A stretch of DNA of 64,000 nucleotides, taken from contig JASGJN010000014.1 of the NCBI GenBank assembly GCA_049840735.1, forward strand, positions 1-64,000. The letters run 5' to 3'. The DNA comes from Anaeromyxobacter sp. (GTDB lineage Bacteria; Myxococcota; Myxococcia; Myxococcales; Anaeromyxobacteraceae). Position 1 is the first letter of the stretch, and each line of letters starts with the position of its first letter. Below the pieces are notes generated by a model, which had not been told where the DNA came from, made no database searches, and saw only the letters and a program-made list of their open reading frames with translations. Below are positions 29,465 to 39,713 of this stretch, piece after piece. A program made the position numbers and the translations under genes.

Positions 29465-32362
29465 TCAGGACGACAAGCGCCGGGGCGCCTCCCCTGCCGC
29501 GTCCGGGTCCGGCGAGGGCTCCGTGGCCGCCGGCGGCGCGTACTCCGCCCGCACCTGCGTCATCCACCGCGACAGGCCCTCCGCCGCCGGGCCGATCGCG
29601 TCGATGAGGTCCGGCAGCCCCAGGAGCTCGCCCAGCGGCACCCACCCGCCCTCCACCTGCAGCTCCAGCGCAGGGCAGAGCGCATAGGCGCCGCGCCGCA
29701 GTCGCTGGAAGAGGCGGCGGCAGCATGGGCCGCTGGAGCCGAGCTCGTTCTTGACCAGCAGCGAGGACAGGTATTCCCGGCGGCGCCGGTAGGGCGCGAG
29801 GACGCCGGGCGGGAGCTCGGCCACCCACCTGGCCAGCGTGGGCGCGTCGAAGACCGGCGCCAGGCCCTCCGCTGCGGCCTGGGCCAAGAGCCCCCTCGAC
29901 TTCACCAGCAGGAGCTGCAGCAGGAACCACTCCCCGGTGCTCGGGTCGAGCTTGGTCATGCGGTCGCCGAGCTTCACCTTGAGCGGCACGGCCGCGAGCT
30001 GCTCCCAGACCTGCTGGAAGGCGGCCGCCTTGACGCCGCGCTGCTCGAGGAAGCCCGCCAGCGCCACGCGCAGCGCGCTCCGGCCGGCGGTGTCGATGGC
30101 CTCCGGATCGGCGCCCAGCGCCAGCAGCTCGGCCACCAGGTCCGGCCGCCCCAGCCGCGCGGCGACCATCAGCGGGGTCTCGTTGAGCGGGTTGCGGAAG
30201 TCCACGCCGTGGGCGCGGAGCTGGTCCTGCAGGCGGGGCGAGCGGCGCTGCCGGTACTCGGCGTAGTGCGTGCCCTCGATGTACGCGCGCCCGGACTCCG
30301 CCTTGCGGGCGTGGCGGAAGCCGGCGGCCACCAGCCGCGGGAGCAGCGCCGGGACGTCGTAGGTGACCGCGAACTCGAACAGGAGCTGCTGCGCCGCCTT
30401 GTCCACCGGCCCCGGGCCGAGCGCGCGGGACCGCAGCCCGGCCAGGGAGGCCGGATTGGCCACGGCCCAGGGCACCGGCCGCACCTCGAGGATGTCGCGC
30501 CGGATGCGCTCCGCCTGCTCGGCCTTGCCCTGCAGCTCCAGCCGCCGGGCCTCCCGCTGCCACTCCTCGCGAGACGACTCCTCGGCCGCGAGCGCGACCG
30601 CCTCTCCCGCCTGCCCCACCGCCAGGAGCGCCAGGAGCGGGTGGGCCGGGTCCGCCTCGACCACCACCAGCGACTTCACGGCCCGCGTCATCGCGACGTA
30701 CAGCGCGTTCACGTAGAACTTGTAGGCGTCGAGGCTCTTGTCCGACTTGTCGCGCGCCCGGGCGTAGTCCAGCCCGCCCTCGAGCTCCGCCGCCTCGACC
30801 CCGGCGGCGCACTCGCGGTACTCCCGGGCCGCGCTGCCCACCAGGTTAAAGAGGACCACGTTGTCGTACTCCAGCCCCTTCGCCTCCTGGACCGCGAACA
30901 CCAGCGGCGTGGAGAACGCGGCCCGCGCCGCCGCCTTGTCCTCGTCCCGGAGCACCACCACCGCCGTCCGCGCCGAGCGGCGGGTGCGCGCCTCCAGCTC
31001 GCCGCGCACCCGCGGGCCGTCGGTCAGGAGCTCGACCCGCCCCTCCTCGCCGCTCACGCACTCGACCAGGTAGTTGCTCTCCCGATCCACCGAGCCGAAG
31101 CGGCGCTGCTTGATCAGCAGCAGCCGGTTGGCGAGCGCGGTCACGGCCCGGGTGTTCCGGTAGTTGGCGGAGAGGATGTGGATCCGGTCCAGCGGCGACG
31201 CGGCGCCCTCCCGCCCGCCGGGGCGGTGGAAGATGGACTTCACCCGCGCCCAGGAGAAGAGGTTGGGGTGGACGATTCGGTTGGCGTCGCCGCAGAGCAG
31301 GAAGGCCGACTTGTCCTTGAGCGTGGCCAGCGCCAGCCTGAGCTCGACCGGCGTGACGTCCTGCACCTCGTCGATGACCAGGAAGTCGTAGCGCTCCGCC
31401 GCCAGCGCGCGCCGCTCCCAGGCGGCCACGTTGGCGTCGAACAGGCCGCGCTCGCGCAGGTGAGCCAGCCAGCGCTCGAAGAGCCGGTACACCGTCCGCC
31501 GCTCCTCCCCGAGGAAGATGGACTGCCTGATCCCCAGCGCCAGGTACTCGGCCTCCGAGAGGTGCGGCCCCTTCTCGGCCGAGCCGGTGAGCACCCCGGT
31601 CACCTCCTCGAAGATCCGGTGCGGCTCCCGCAGCTTGAACGTCCCCTGGTGACGGCTGAACCAGGCGGCGAAGTCCGGCCAGCGCGCCTCGCGTCCCGAG
31701 GGCACCTGGATGGTCTCGACCAGCTCGGAGAGCGAGAGGAAGTCCACCTCCTGGCCGTCGTTCGCGTAGCGGTGCGCGTAGTAGAGCGAGCGCGCGTTCT
31801 CGACCAGGAAGGAGGAGCGGGTCAGGTAGAGCCCGTGCCCGGGGAGGGTCTTGAGCTTCTCCAGGGTGAGCGCCGTCTTGCCGGAGCCGGCCGAGCCGAT
31901 CACGATGAGCGGGAGCGGCGTGCCGAAGACGGCCGACTGCGCGTCGTCGAAGGAGAGCGGCTTGTCGAGCAGGTGGAAGACGCTCGAGGTCGGGTGGAGG
32001 TACGCGAGCCGCTCCCGCTCAAGGCCGTCCCACGCCTCCGCGGTCGCCCTCCCCGCCGCCGGCTCGAAGTCCTCCTCCCGCACCTCGCCGCCGCCCAGGA
32101 ACCGCGAGCGCGCGTAGTCGTGGTTGTGCACCACCTCGAGGATCAGCAGCGCCCGGCGCCCCTCGTGCTGGCCGAACTTGAAGAGCAGCCGGTTCCGCTC
32201 GTCCAGCCGGGCCCGATAGAGCCCGGTCCCCTTCAGCTTGCGGGCGTCCGCGGCGCGGAAGTCACCGGCGCGCAGCTGCTCCACCGCCTGGTCCACGTGG
32301 CGGCCGAGCTGCCGGACGTCGAGCTCGCGGTTGAGGAGGACGTGGATGGGCTGGTCGAACAC
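29465..32362 (-). CDS. RelE-like / UvrD-like SF1 helicase / ankyrin repeat fusion protein
   Basis: GSAGSGKT, IDEVQD, ANYRN, EAKGLEYD, LYVAMTRA; ankyrin ETPLMVAARLGRPDLVAELLALGAD; N-terminal KLKGTGLYRARLDERNRLLF...HDY. Confidence 0.85.
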   Translation of the reverse strand: MFDQPIHVLLNRELDVRQLGRHVDQAVEQLRAGDFRAADARKLKGTGLYRARLDERNRLLFKFGQHEGRRALLILEVVHNHDYARSRFLGGGEVREEDFEPAAGRATAEAWDGLERERLAYLHPTSSVFHLLDKPLSFDDAQSAVFGTPLPLIVIGSAGSGKTALTLEKLKTLPGHGLYLTRSSFLVENARSLYYAHRYANDGQEVDFLSLSELVETIQVPSGREARWPDFAAWFSRHQGTFKLREPHRIFEEVTGVLTGSAEKGPHLSEAEYLALGIRQSIFLGEERRTVYRLFERWLAHLRERGLFDANVAAWERRALAAERYDFLVIDEVQDVTPVELRLALATLKDKSAFLLCGDANRIVHPNLFSWARVKSIFHRPGGREGAASPLDRIHILSANYRNTRAVTALANRLLLIKQRRFGSVDRESNYLVECVSGEEGRVELLTDGPRVRGELEARTRRSARTAVVVLRDEDKAAARAAFSTPLVFAVQEAKGLEYDNVVLFNLVGSAAREYRECAAGVEAAELEGGLDYARARDKSDKSLDAYKFYVNALYVAMTRAVKSLVVVEADPAHPLLALLAVGQAGEAVALAAEESSREEWQREARRLELQGKAEQAERIRRDILEVRPVPWAVANPASLAGLRSRALGPGPVDKAAQQLLFEFAVTYDVPALLPRLVAAGFRHARKAESGRAYIEGTHYAEYRQRRSPRLQDQLRAHGVDFRNPLNETPLMVAARLGRPDLVAELLALGADPEAIDTAGRSALRVALAGFLEQRGVKAAAFQQVWEQLAAVPLKVKLGDRMTKLDPSTGEWFLLQLLLVKSRGLLAQAAAEGLAPVFDAPTLARWVAELPPGVLAPYRRRREYLSSLLVKNELGSSGPCCRRLFQRLRRGAYALCPALELQVEGGWVPLGELLGLPDLIDAIGPAAEGLSRWMTQVRAEYAPPAATEPSPDPDAAGEAPRRLSS

Positions 32363-32578
32363 GGGCGCAGGTTAGCTGCACGATCCGACGGGCGCGTTGC
32401 GGTGAGGGGACGCCGGGGGAAGGGACCACCGCGTCACCATCCCCCGCGGGTGCGCCCCGCTGCCGCGCGGGCGCCACAGGGAGGGTTGACCGGGGGCTCC
32501 ACGGACACCTGGGATTGGCGCGAGCCATCCAGGGCGTTACGTACCAGCGGCGTCGCAACCCCCGCCCTGGGAGCCCGC

Positions 32579-33469
32579 ATGCCGCGGATGAAGGCCTCCG
32601 ACTTCCACCCCGAGGTGCTGAGCCTCTTCGATCGGTATGTCCACGGGCTGATCGACCGCCGCGCCTTCCTGGCCGGGGCGGCGAGGTTCGCGGTGGGCGC
32701 CATGACCGCCAGCGCGCTCCTCGACGCGCTCAGCCCGCGGTTCGCCGAGGCGCAGCAGGTGGCCAGGGACGACCCGCGGCTCCAGGCCGGCACGGTCGAG
32801 CTCGACTCGCCCCGCGGCTCGGGGAAGCTGCGCGGCTACCTGGCGCGGCCCGCCAAGGCGCAGGGCAAGCTCCCCGGCGTGCTGGTCATCCACGAGAACC
32901 GCGGCCTCAACCCCCACATCGAGGACATCGCCCGCCGCGTCGCGCTGGAGGGCTACCTGGCCTTCGCGCCCGACGCGCTCACCCCGCTGGGCGGCTATCC
33001 GGGCGACGAGGACAAGGCGCGGGAGCTGTTCGCGAAGCTCGACCAGGAGAAGACCCGCGAGGACTTCCTGGCCGCGCTCGCCTTCCTGGAGAAGCGCCCG
33101 GAGTGCACCGGCAAGGTGGGCGCGGTGGGGTTCTGCTGGGGCGGGGGGATGGTGAACTTCCTCGCCACCCGCGCGCCGGAGCTGGCCGCGGGCGTGCCCT
33201 TCTACGGCGGCCAGCCTCCGCCGGAGGAGGTCGCGAGGATCAAGGCCCCGCTCCTCATCCAGTACGCGGAGAAGGACGACCGCATCAACGCCGGCATCCC
33301 CGCCTTCGAGCAGGCGCTCGAGGCGAGCCACGTGCGCTACCAGCTGTTCGTCTATCCGGGCACGCAGCACGGCTTCAACAACGACACCACGCCTCGCTAC
33401 GACCAGGCCGCCGCCGACCTGGCCTGGAAGCGGACCCTGGCGTTCCTGGGGAAGCACCTGCGCGGCTGA
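32579..33469 (+). CDS. Dienelactone hydrolase family protein (YghX-like)
   Basis: IDRRAFL, IHENRGLNPHIED, GFCWGG, HGFNNDTTPRY. Confidence 0.92.
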   Translation: MPRMKASDFHPEVLSLFDRYVHGLIDRRAFLAGAARFAVGAMTASALLDALSPRFAEAQQVARDDPRLQAGTVELDSPRGSGKLRGYLARPAKAQGKLPGVLVIHENRGLNPHIEDIARRVALEGYLAFAPDALTPLGGYPGDEDKARELFAKLDQEKTREDFLAALAFLEKRPECTGKVGAVGFCWGGGMVNFLATRAPELAAGVPFYGGQPPPEEVARIKAPLLIQYAEKDDRINAGIPAFEQALEASHVRYQLFVYPGTQHGFNNDTTPRYDQAAADLAWKRTLAFLGKHLRG

Positions 33470-33862
33470 CCTCTGCACGTCGATTGGGCTTCGTGTGGAT
33501 GTTGCAGGCCGTGAAGTCGACCTTCATCGGATGAGCGAAGCCGGCTCCCGGCGAGGTCCAACAATGGTTCTCCCGCACCTGCTCCGGTTCGCCTGGCCGA
33601 TCATCATCGGCTACGGTCGCTCCGCGTCCGCTACGATCCGGGCGATCACGCGCGCCTGATGGTGGAGGAGTGAGCGCGGTGACGCGAGCGGCGCTCGAGG
33701 AGCTGGTGCGGACCTGGCCCGGGTGAGGATCCGGGAGCGGGTCGACCTCACCGGCGCGAACCTCCAGAAGGTGCGCGTGCAGCCGCTGCGGACCAGGTGA
33801 GTGGAGTTGCCGGGCGCCCCACCGGCGGCCATATCACTGGCTCTCCCTCCCGAGGAACGCAC

Positions 33863-34336
33863 ATGGCCAAGAACACGATCTGCCTCTGGTACGACAAGGA
33901 CGCCGAGGCGGCCGCCCGCTTCTACACCAGCACCTTCCCTGACAGCGCCATGGAGCGCGTGGTCCGTGCGCCGGGCGACTACCCCAGCGGCAAGAAGGGC
34001 GACGTGCTGGTGGTCGAGTTCACCGTGGCCGGCCTGCCCTGCGTCGGCCTGAACGGCGGCCCCGAGTTCAAGCACTGCGAGGCCTTCTCGTTCTCGATCG
34101 CGACCGAGGACCAGGCCGAGACCGATCGCTACTGGAACGCCATCGTCGGCAACGGCGGCCAGGAGAGCGCGTGCGGCTGGTGCAAGGACCGCTGGGGCGT
34201 CTCCTGGCAGATCACGCCCCGCGTCCTCACCGAGGCGCTCTCGGCGGGCGGCGACAAGGCGGCGCGCGCCTTCGAGGCCATGATGCCGATGAAGAAGATC
34301 ATCGTCGCGACCATAGAGGCCGCCATCCGCGGCTGA
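33863..34336 (+). CDS. VOC family protein (PhnB/3-demethylubiquinone-9 methyltransferase-like)
   Basis: NTICLWY, LNGGP, CGWCKDRWGVSWQI. Confidence 0.92.
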   Translation: MAKNTICLWYDKDAEAAARFYTSTFPDSAMERVVRAPGDYPSGKKGDVLVVEFTVAGLPCVGLNGGPEFKHCEAFSFSIATEDQAETDRYWNAIVGNGGQESACGWCKDRWGVSWQITPRVLTEALSAGGDKAARAFEAMMPMKKIIVATIEAAIRG

Positions 34337-34473
34337 CGCTCGCTGCCGGGCCAGCGGAGCCGGCGTCCACTCCATGAGCCGCGGCCCCATCCGGGCCTGT
34401 TCCCACTCCCGGCGCGCAGGCCGGTCTCTCTCTCGAACCCGGGCCATGCCGCCCGCGCCCGAAGGAGACCGTC

Positions 34474-35940
34474 ATGCCCCGCCCGCACGCGAAGCCCGCC
34501 CCGAACCGCCGCGCCCTCGTCCTGCTGGCCCTGCTGGCCGCCGCCTGTGGGAGCGAGCAGGGGCCGGACCGGGCGCCGCCGGAGGAGGTGGTGGACGTCC
34601 AGATCGACCCGGCGGCCGTGACGCTCGACGTGGGCGAGCAGCTCACGCTGGCCGCGCTCGTCACCACCAGCACCACCGAGCCGGCCCGGGCGGCCCTCAC
34701 CGACGTCGAGTGGGCGTCGCTCTCCACCGCGGTGGCCACCGTGGCCGCGGACGGGACCGTGCTCGCCCTCGCCCCGGGCACCGCCCGCGTCACCGCCACG
34801 GCCGGCGGGATCACCGGCCAGGCCCTGGTCACCGTCCGCGAGCCGGACGTCGAGCCGGGCCGGGTCGCGTCCGTGGAGCTCTCCGAGACGGCGGTGACGC
34901 TCGAGGAGGGGGCGGCGCGCGCGCTCGTCGCCACGCCGCGCGACGCCCAGGGCGGCGCCCTCGACGGCCTGCCGGTGGGCTGGCGCACCAGCGACGAGGG
35001 CGTGGTCTACGTGACCGCCGGCGGCGAGCTGCGCGCCGTGCGGGCCGGCAGCGCCGAGGTGACCGCCACCGTGCACGGCGTCACCGCCACCGCCGTGGTC
35101 ACCGTCACGCTGGAGAGCGCCTGGGATTTGTTCTTCGAGGCCTGGTCGGAGGAGGCGGCGCGCTTCCGCTGGATCACGCGCGACCTGCGCGACCCCGCCG
35201 CCGGGAACGCCTACCTGATGGCCGGGAGCACCGTCTCGGGCGCCCCCGTGCCTTCCCCGTCAGGCGACCGGATCGCCTTCGCCATCTCCTCCCCGCTGTC
35301 GCCGCAGAACCAGCTCCGGGTGGTGGACCTGCAGCGGCAGACCGTCTGGTTCGTGGCGCTGCCGGGGATGGTCGTCGACGTCGCCTGGTCCTGGGAGGGC
35401 GACCGGCTCGCCTTCGCGCTCAGCTCGGACGAGACCGGCTACGACGTCTGGACCATCCGCGCCGACGGCACCGGCCCGGTGAACGTGACCGCCATCCTGG
35501 GGACCAGCGACGAGACCCAGCCGACCTGGGCCCCCGGCCCCGTGGGCAAGCTGGCCTTCACGCGCGCGGTGGGCGGCGTGCAGGACATCTGGACAATGGA
35601 CGCCGTGGGCACCAACCTGACCCGCCTCACCACCGGCGGCGCCGACGCCGACCCCGCGTGGTCGCCCGACGGCACCTCGATCGTCTTCCAGCGCTCCGGC
35701 GCGGCACTCTTCGGCGACCTCTTCTTCGTCTCCCCGGCCACCGGCGCCGTCCAGCGGAGCCTGGTCGGCGTCCCCGGGATCCAGGCCCGCCCGGCCTGGT
35801 CGCCGGACGGCCGGATGGTCGCGTTCACCTCCGGCGGCGATGTCTACACGGTGAGGACCACCGACGCCTTCCTGGCGCGGCGCACCTTCGACGGCGAGGC
35901 CACCGTCGAGCTCAGGCCGGGGTGGCTGAAGCGGCGTTAG
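34474..35940 (+). CDS. Lipoprotein with two Ig-like (BIG2) domains and a TolB-like beta-propeller
   Basis: Lipobox LAAAC; VEWAS..VATV..DGTV and VGWRTSD repeats; PAWSPDG repeats. Confidence 0.85.
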   Translation: MPRPHAKPAPNRRALVLLALLAAACGSEQGPDRAPPEEVVDVQIDPAAVTLDVGEQLTLAALVTTSTTEPARAALTDVEWASLSTAVATVAADGTVLALAPGTARVTATAGGITGQALVTVREPDVEPGRVASVELSETAVTLEEGAARALVATPRDAQGGALDGLPVGWRTSDEGVVYVTAGGELRAVRAGSAEVTATVHGVTATAVVTVTLESAWDLFFEAWSEEAARFRWITRDLRDPAAGNAYLMAGSTVSGAPVPSPSGDRIAFAISSPLSPQNQLRVVDLQRQTVWFVALPGMVVDVAWSWEGDRLAFALSSDETGYDVWTIRADGTGPVNVTAILGTSDETQPTWAPGPVGKLAFTRAVGGVQDIWTMDAVGTNLTRLTTGGADADPAWSPDGTSIVFQRSGAALFGDLFFVSPATGAVQRSLVGVPGIQARPAWSPDGRMVAFTSGGDVYTVRTTDAFLARRTFDGEATVELRPGWLKRR

Positions 35941-35949
35941 CGCCGCGGC

Positions 35950-36432
35950 TCAGCCCGGCACCACGCGGTAGAACGCCCCCAGGACGGCGCCGAAGACGAC
36001 GTGCGCCAGGAGCGTGGTGAGGGGCGTCTGCGCGCCGTAGTTGAGGGCCAGGAACCCCGGCGGCTCGAGCTGGCGGGTGACGTCCGGGCCGCGCTCCTCG
36101 CTCGCCATGCGCGGGTGCAGGCCGGGCAGGAGCCGCATCCCCGCGGTCAGGACGAAGGCGGCGTGCACCGTCCCGATGGCCGCGCCGAGCCAGGGGGAGG
36201 CCCGCCCCCAGGCCTCGAAGGCGGCGACGTAGAGGAGCGAGAACAGCCAGCCGTTCAGCAGGTGGGCGGCGAACCCGACCAGCTTGGCGCGGTCCCGGCT
36301 GGGCGTGAACAGCGTCCCGAGCATGTAGGGCAGGCTCATGCGCGTGAGCCGGAGCCCCTGCCCCGCCGCCAGGGTGGTGGTGAGGGCCACCGTCGCCACG
36401 AAGCCCCACAAGAGCCAGCTCCCCACGCTCAT
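35950..36432 (-). CDS. Hypothetical membrane protein
   Basis: Four hydrophobic helices; ATGA overlap with the GH15 gene. Confidence 0.75.
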   Translation of the reverse strand: MSVGSWLLWGFVATVALTTTLAAGQGLRLTRMSLPYMLGTLFTPSRDRAKLVGFAAHLLNGWLFSLLYVAAFEAWGRASPWLGAAIGTVHAAFVLTAGMRLLPGLHPRMASEERGPDVTRQLEPPGFLALNYGAQTPLTTLLAHVVFGAVLGAFYRVVPG

Positions 36433-38325
36433 CTGGCCTCCTCCCGCGGCGCCGGCACCGCCCGCCGCGCCGTCCCCGCGCCGGGCGGCTCGCGGCGGAG
36501 CCGCTGCTCGAGCGAGAGGGCCGCGTTGATGAGCCCCACGTGCGTGAAGGCCTGCGGGAAGTTCCCGACCGCCTCGCCCGTCTCCGGGTCGATCTCCTCG
36601 GCGAACAGCCCCACGTCGTTCGCGAAGCCGCACAGCCGCTCGAAGGTGGCCTGCGCCTCGGCCGCGCTCCCGCCCCCCAGCGCCAGGGCCTCTGCGCCCC
36701 AGAAGCTGCAGATCCCGAACGCGCCTTCGCCCGGCGACTCGTCCCCGCGGTAGCGGAACAGGAGGCCGTCGCGAGCGCCGAGCTGGGCCCGGATCCGCGC
36801 CAGCGTGGCCCGCATCCTGGCCGAGCCCGCCTCCTCGAAGCCGTACCAAGGCAGGAGCAGCAGCGCCGCGTCCAGCTCCGCGCCGCCGAGCCGCGAGGCG
36901 TAGCTCCCCAGGGCCGCGTTCCACCCCTGGGCCTCGACCTCGCCGCGGATGGCGGTCCGGTTCCGCTGGAAGTGCTCGACCGGCGCGCCGCGGAGGTGAC
37001 CCCGGGCGTGGAGCTCGAGGAGCCGGTCCAGGGCGGCCCAGCAGAGCACCCGCGAGTGCGTGTGGTGGGCCGCGCCGGAGCGGGGCTCCCAGAATCCCCT
37101 CGTCCGGCTGCCGCCAGGTCCGGCACACGTGCTCCCCGACCCTGCACAGCATCCGCTCCGTCTCGCGATCCAGCGTCCCGCCGCCGCGGACGAAGTGCGC
37201 CACCGCGTCGATCACCTCGCCGTAGACGTCCAGCTGCAGCTGGCCGGCGGCCCCGTTGCCGGTGCGCACCGGGCGCGACCCGCGGTGGCCGGAGAGGTGG
37301 TCCAGCGTGCGCTCGGGCGCCGGCGGGTTGCCGTGGACGTCGTAGAGCACCCGCAGCTCCGGCTGGGTGAGCCGGGTCGAGTGGAGGAGCCAGCTCACGA
37401 ACGCGTCCGCCTCCTCGTCGAAGCCCAGCCCGGCGAGCGCGCGGAAGGTGAGCGAGGCGTCGCGCAGCCAGCAGTACCGGTAGTCCCAGTTCAGCCCGCC
37501 GCCCACCCGCTCCGGGAGCGAGGTGGTGGGCGCGGCGATGACCGCGCCGGAGGGCGCGTGGACCAGGAGCCGCAGCGCGAGCGCGCTCCTCACCACCGCG
37601 CCACGGGCCGGCCCGCCGTAGCGGATCCGCGCCGCCCAGCGGCTCCACCAGCGCAGGGTCCGCTCCAGGGCCTCCGGCGCGGCCGCGAGCGGCGCCAGGA
37701 CGGCCGGCCACTCGCTCGCGAAGGTGAGCGCGAAGGAGCAGGTCTCTCCGGCGCGCAGCCTGAGCCTTCCCTCGGCGCGTCCCTCGCCTTCCAGCCGGAG
37801 GGGGAGCCCGGCGCGGAGCGTGAGCAGCCCGGCGCGGGTCTCGACGCGCAAACCCAGGCCTCGCGCCTCGACCAGGCGGGGCCGCTCCCGCCCGTAGTCC
37901 GGCCTCGGCTCGAAGACCGCCTCCAGCTCGACCTCGCCGCGCTCGCAGCGCGCCAGCCGGAGGAGGGCGTGCTCCGGCTCCAGCAGGCGACGCCGCTCCG
38001 CCTCGGAGGCCACCGGCATGAAGTCGGTGACCGAGAGGGCGCCGGCGTCCGTCTCGAACCGCGTCTCGAGCACGTTGGTGTCCCCGAGGTAGCGCTGCCG
38101 CGGGCGGGACGGCGCCGCCGGCGCGACCGTGAAGCGGCCGGCGCCGTCGTCGAGCAGGGCGCCGAACAGGCTCGGGCTGTCGAACCGCGGCCAGCACAGC
38201 CAGTCGATGGCGCCGCCGAGCGAGACCAGCGCGGCCGAGCGGCCGTCGCCGATGATCGCGTGATCGTGGACCCGCTCCACCCGAACCCCCTGCGGCCCGG
38301 CGCGCGTCGCCGTGCCCTCCTTCAT
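36429..38325 (-). CDS. Glycoside hydrolase family 15 (trehalase/glucoamylase-like; frameshift at about 37095)
   Basis: IIGDGRSAAL, APTTSLPE, NWDYRYCWLRD, QLDVYGE, GNFPQAFTH. Confidence 0.92.
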
Positions 38326-38812
38326 TGGATCTGCGGAGCGTGCGCGGGTTACGCCGCGGGCACAGGCGGCCGGGTGGGTGAGCAGGCGGCCGGGCAGCGC
38401 CTCATGCAGCAGGGACCGTCCACTCCTGCTCGAGCAGGGCCCACGCCCGTCGGCCGGCTCGGCTCAGAGGAGGTGGGACGTCGAAGAAGGAACCGCTCGC
38501 GGCGCTGGCCTATTCGCCGCGGAGTGGCTCGCTCGTTGCGTTCGGCGACGGGCCTGGTTAGGCTAGGAATGACGTGATCGACCGTGCCTCCAGATCGACG
38601 ATGCGCCAGCTGCCGTGCGGAACGGCCGTGCTGCTCGCACACGTCTGCGACACGGCCTGTCTCACGGTTCGCGCCCCGACCCCGGCTCGCTAGCGGCTCG
38701 AGGCGCCTCCCCCACACACACACCCGTGCACGCCCGCGTGGCGCGCCAGCGCGTCCGCTGGCGGGCGCGAGCGCGCGTTCCCGCAGCACGATCCAGAGAG
38801 CGAGGTACTCCC

Positions 38813-39241
38813 ATGGCCGGACCCATCTACATCGTCGAGACCGAGCTGGAGCGGCTGAAGTCGCTGGTGGACCAGCACCTGGACGGGCGCGACGGCGCCG
38901 CGGCCGAGCGGCTCGGCGCGGAGCTGGACCGCGCGCTGGTGCGCGATCCCGCCGAGCTCCCGCCCGACGTCGTCACCCTCGACTCCAGCGTCTCCTACGT
39001 GGACGAGCGCACCGGGGTGGTGCGCGAGGTGACCGTCGTGTTCCCGGCGGCGGCGGACGCGAACACCCGCCGCATCTCCGTGCTGGCGCCCGTCGGCGCC
39101 GCGCTCCTGGGGCTGCGGCAGGGCGATGGGATCGAGTGGCCGCTGCCGGACGGACGCGTCGCCCAGCTCAGGATCCTGCGCGTCGTCCAGCCCGCGGCCG
39201 CCGCGGCGCCCGGGCAGGCGGAGCGGGCGGCTGCGTCCTGA
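38813..39241 (+). CDS. rnk: Regulator of nucleoside diphosphate kinase (Gre-family, short coiled coil)
   Basis: LPPDVVTLDS, RISVLAPVGAALLGL, IEWPLPDG. Confidence 0.88.
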   Translation: MAGPIYIVETELERLKSLVDQHLDGRDGAAAERLGAELDRALVRDPAELPPDVVTLDSSVSYVDERTGVVREVTVVFPAAADANTRRISVLAPVGAALLGLRQGDGIEWPLPDGRVAQLRILRVVQPAAAAAPGQAERAAAS

Positions 39242-39253
39242 CGCGCCCGCCGC

Positions 39254-39676
39254 TCACCCCGCCGGCGAGCGCTGCACGTCGCACTCGCCATCGACATACA
39301 GCCAGCGCCCGCCCACCTTCCGGAAGCGCGACCGCTCGCGGAGCGTGTAGCGGTACCGGGAGTCCCGGGACCGGGCCGTGAACTCCACCACGCCCTGGTC
39401 GTCGCCCGGGCCGCCCGCCTCGGTCCGGTGGACGGTGAGGCCGAGCCAGGTCACCGAGCGCGCGGCGGCCTCGATCGCCTGCCGCTCCGCCGCGGTGGCC
39501 GGCGCGTCGTGGGTGGAGAGGAGGTAGTCGGGGAGGCAGCGGGCGAAGGCCGAGTAGCGCGAGCGCATGAGCGCCTCGGCCGTCTCGGCTGGCCGCGAGC
39601 CATCATGGCGCGGGCCGCAGCAGGCGACGTAGCGTGCGCCGCCGCAGGGGCAGGGTTCGTCGGTGGGCGGAGCCAT
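39254..39676 (-). CDS. YchJ family (SEC-C) protein
   Basis: CPCGG..Y..CC, AEALMRSRYSAF, ERSRF..W.YVDG. Confidence 0.92.
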   Translation of the reverse strand: MAPPTDEPCPCGGARYVACCGPRHDGSRPAETAEALMRSRYSAFARCLPDYLLSTHDAPATAAERQAIEAAARSVTWLGLTVHRTEAGGPGDDQGVVEFTARSRDSRYRYTLRERSRFRKVGGRWLYVDGECDVQRSPAG

Positions 39677-39713
39677 GCGGGGAGGAGGATACCGCCTCCC
39701 CGTTCGGCGCACA

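Noticed and set aside
35950..38325. Apparent GH15-membrane protein fusion (791 aa ORF)
   Set aside because: Caused by the frameshift at about 37095; the membrane gene has its own RBS and ATG overlapping the GH15 stop.
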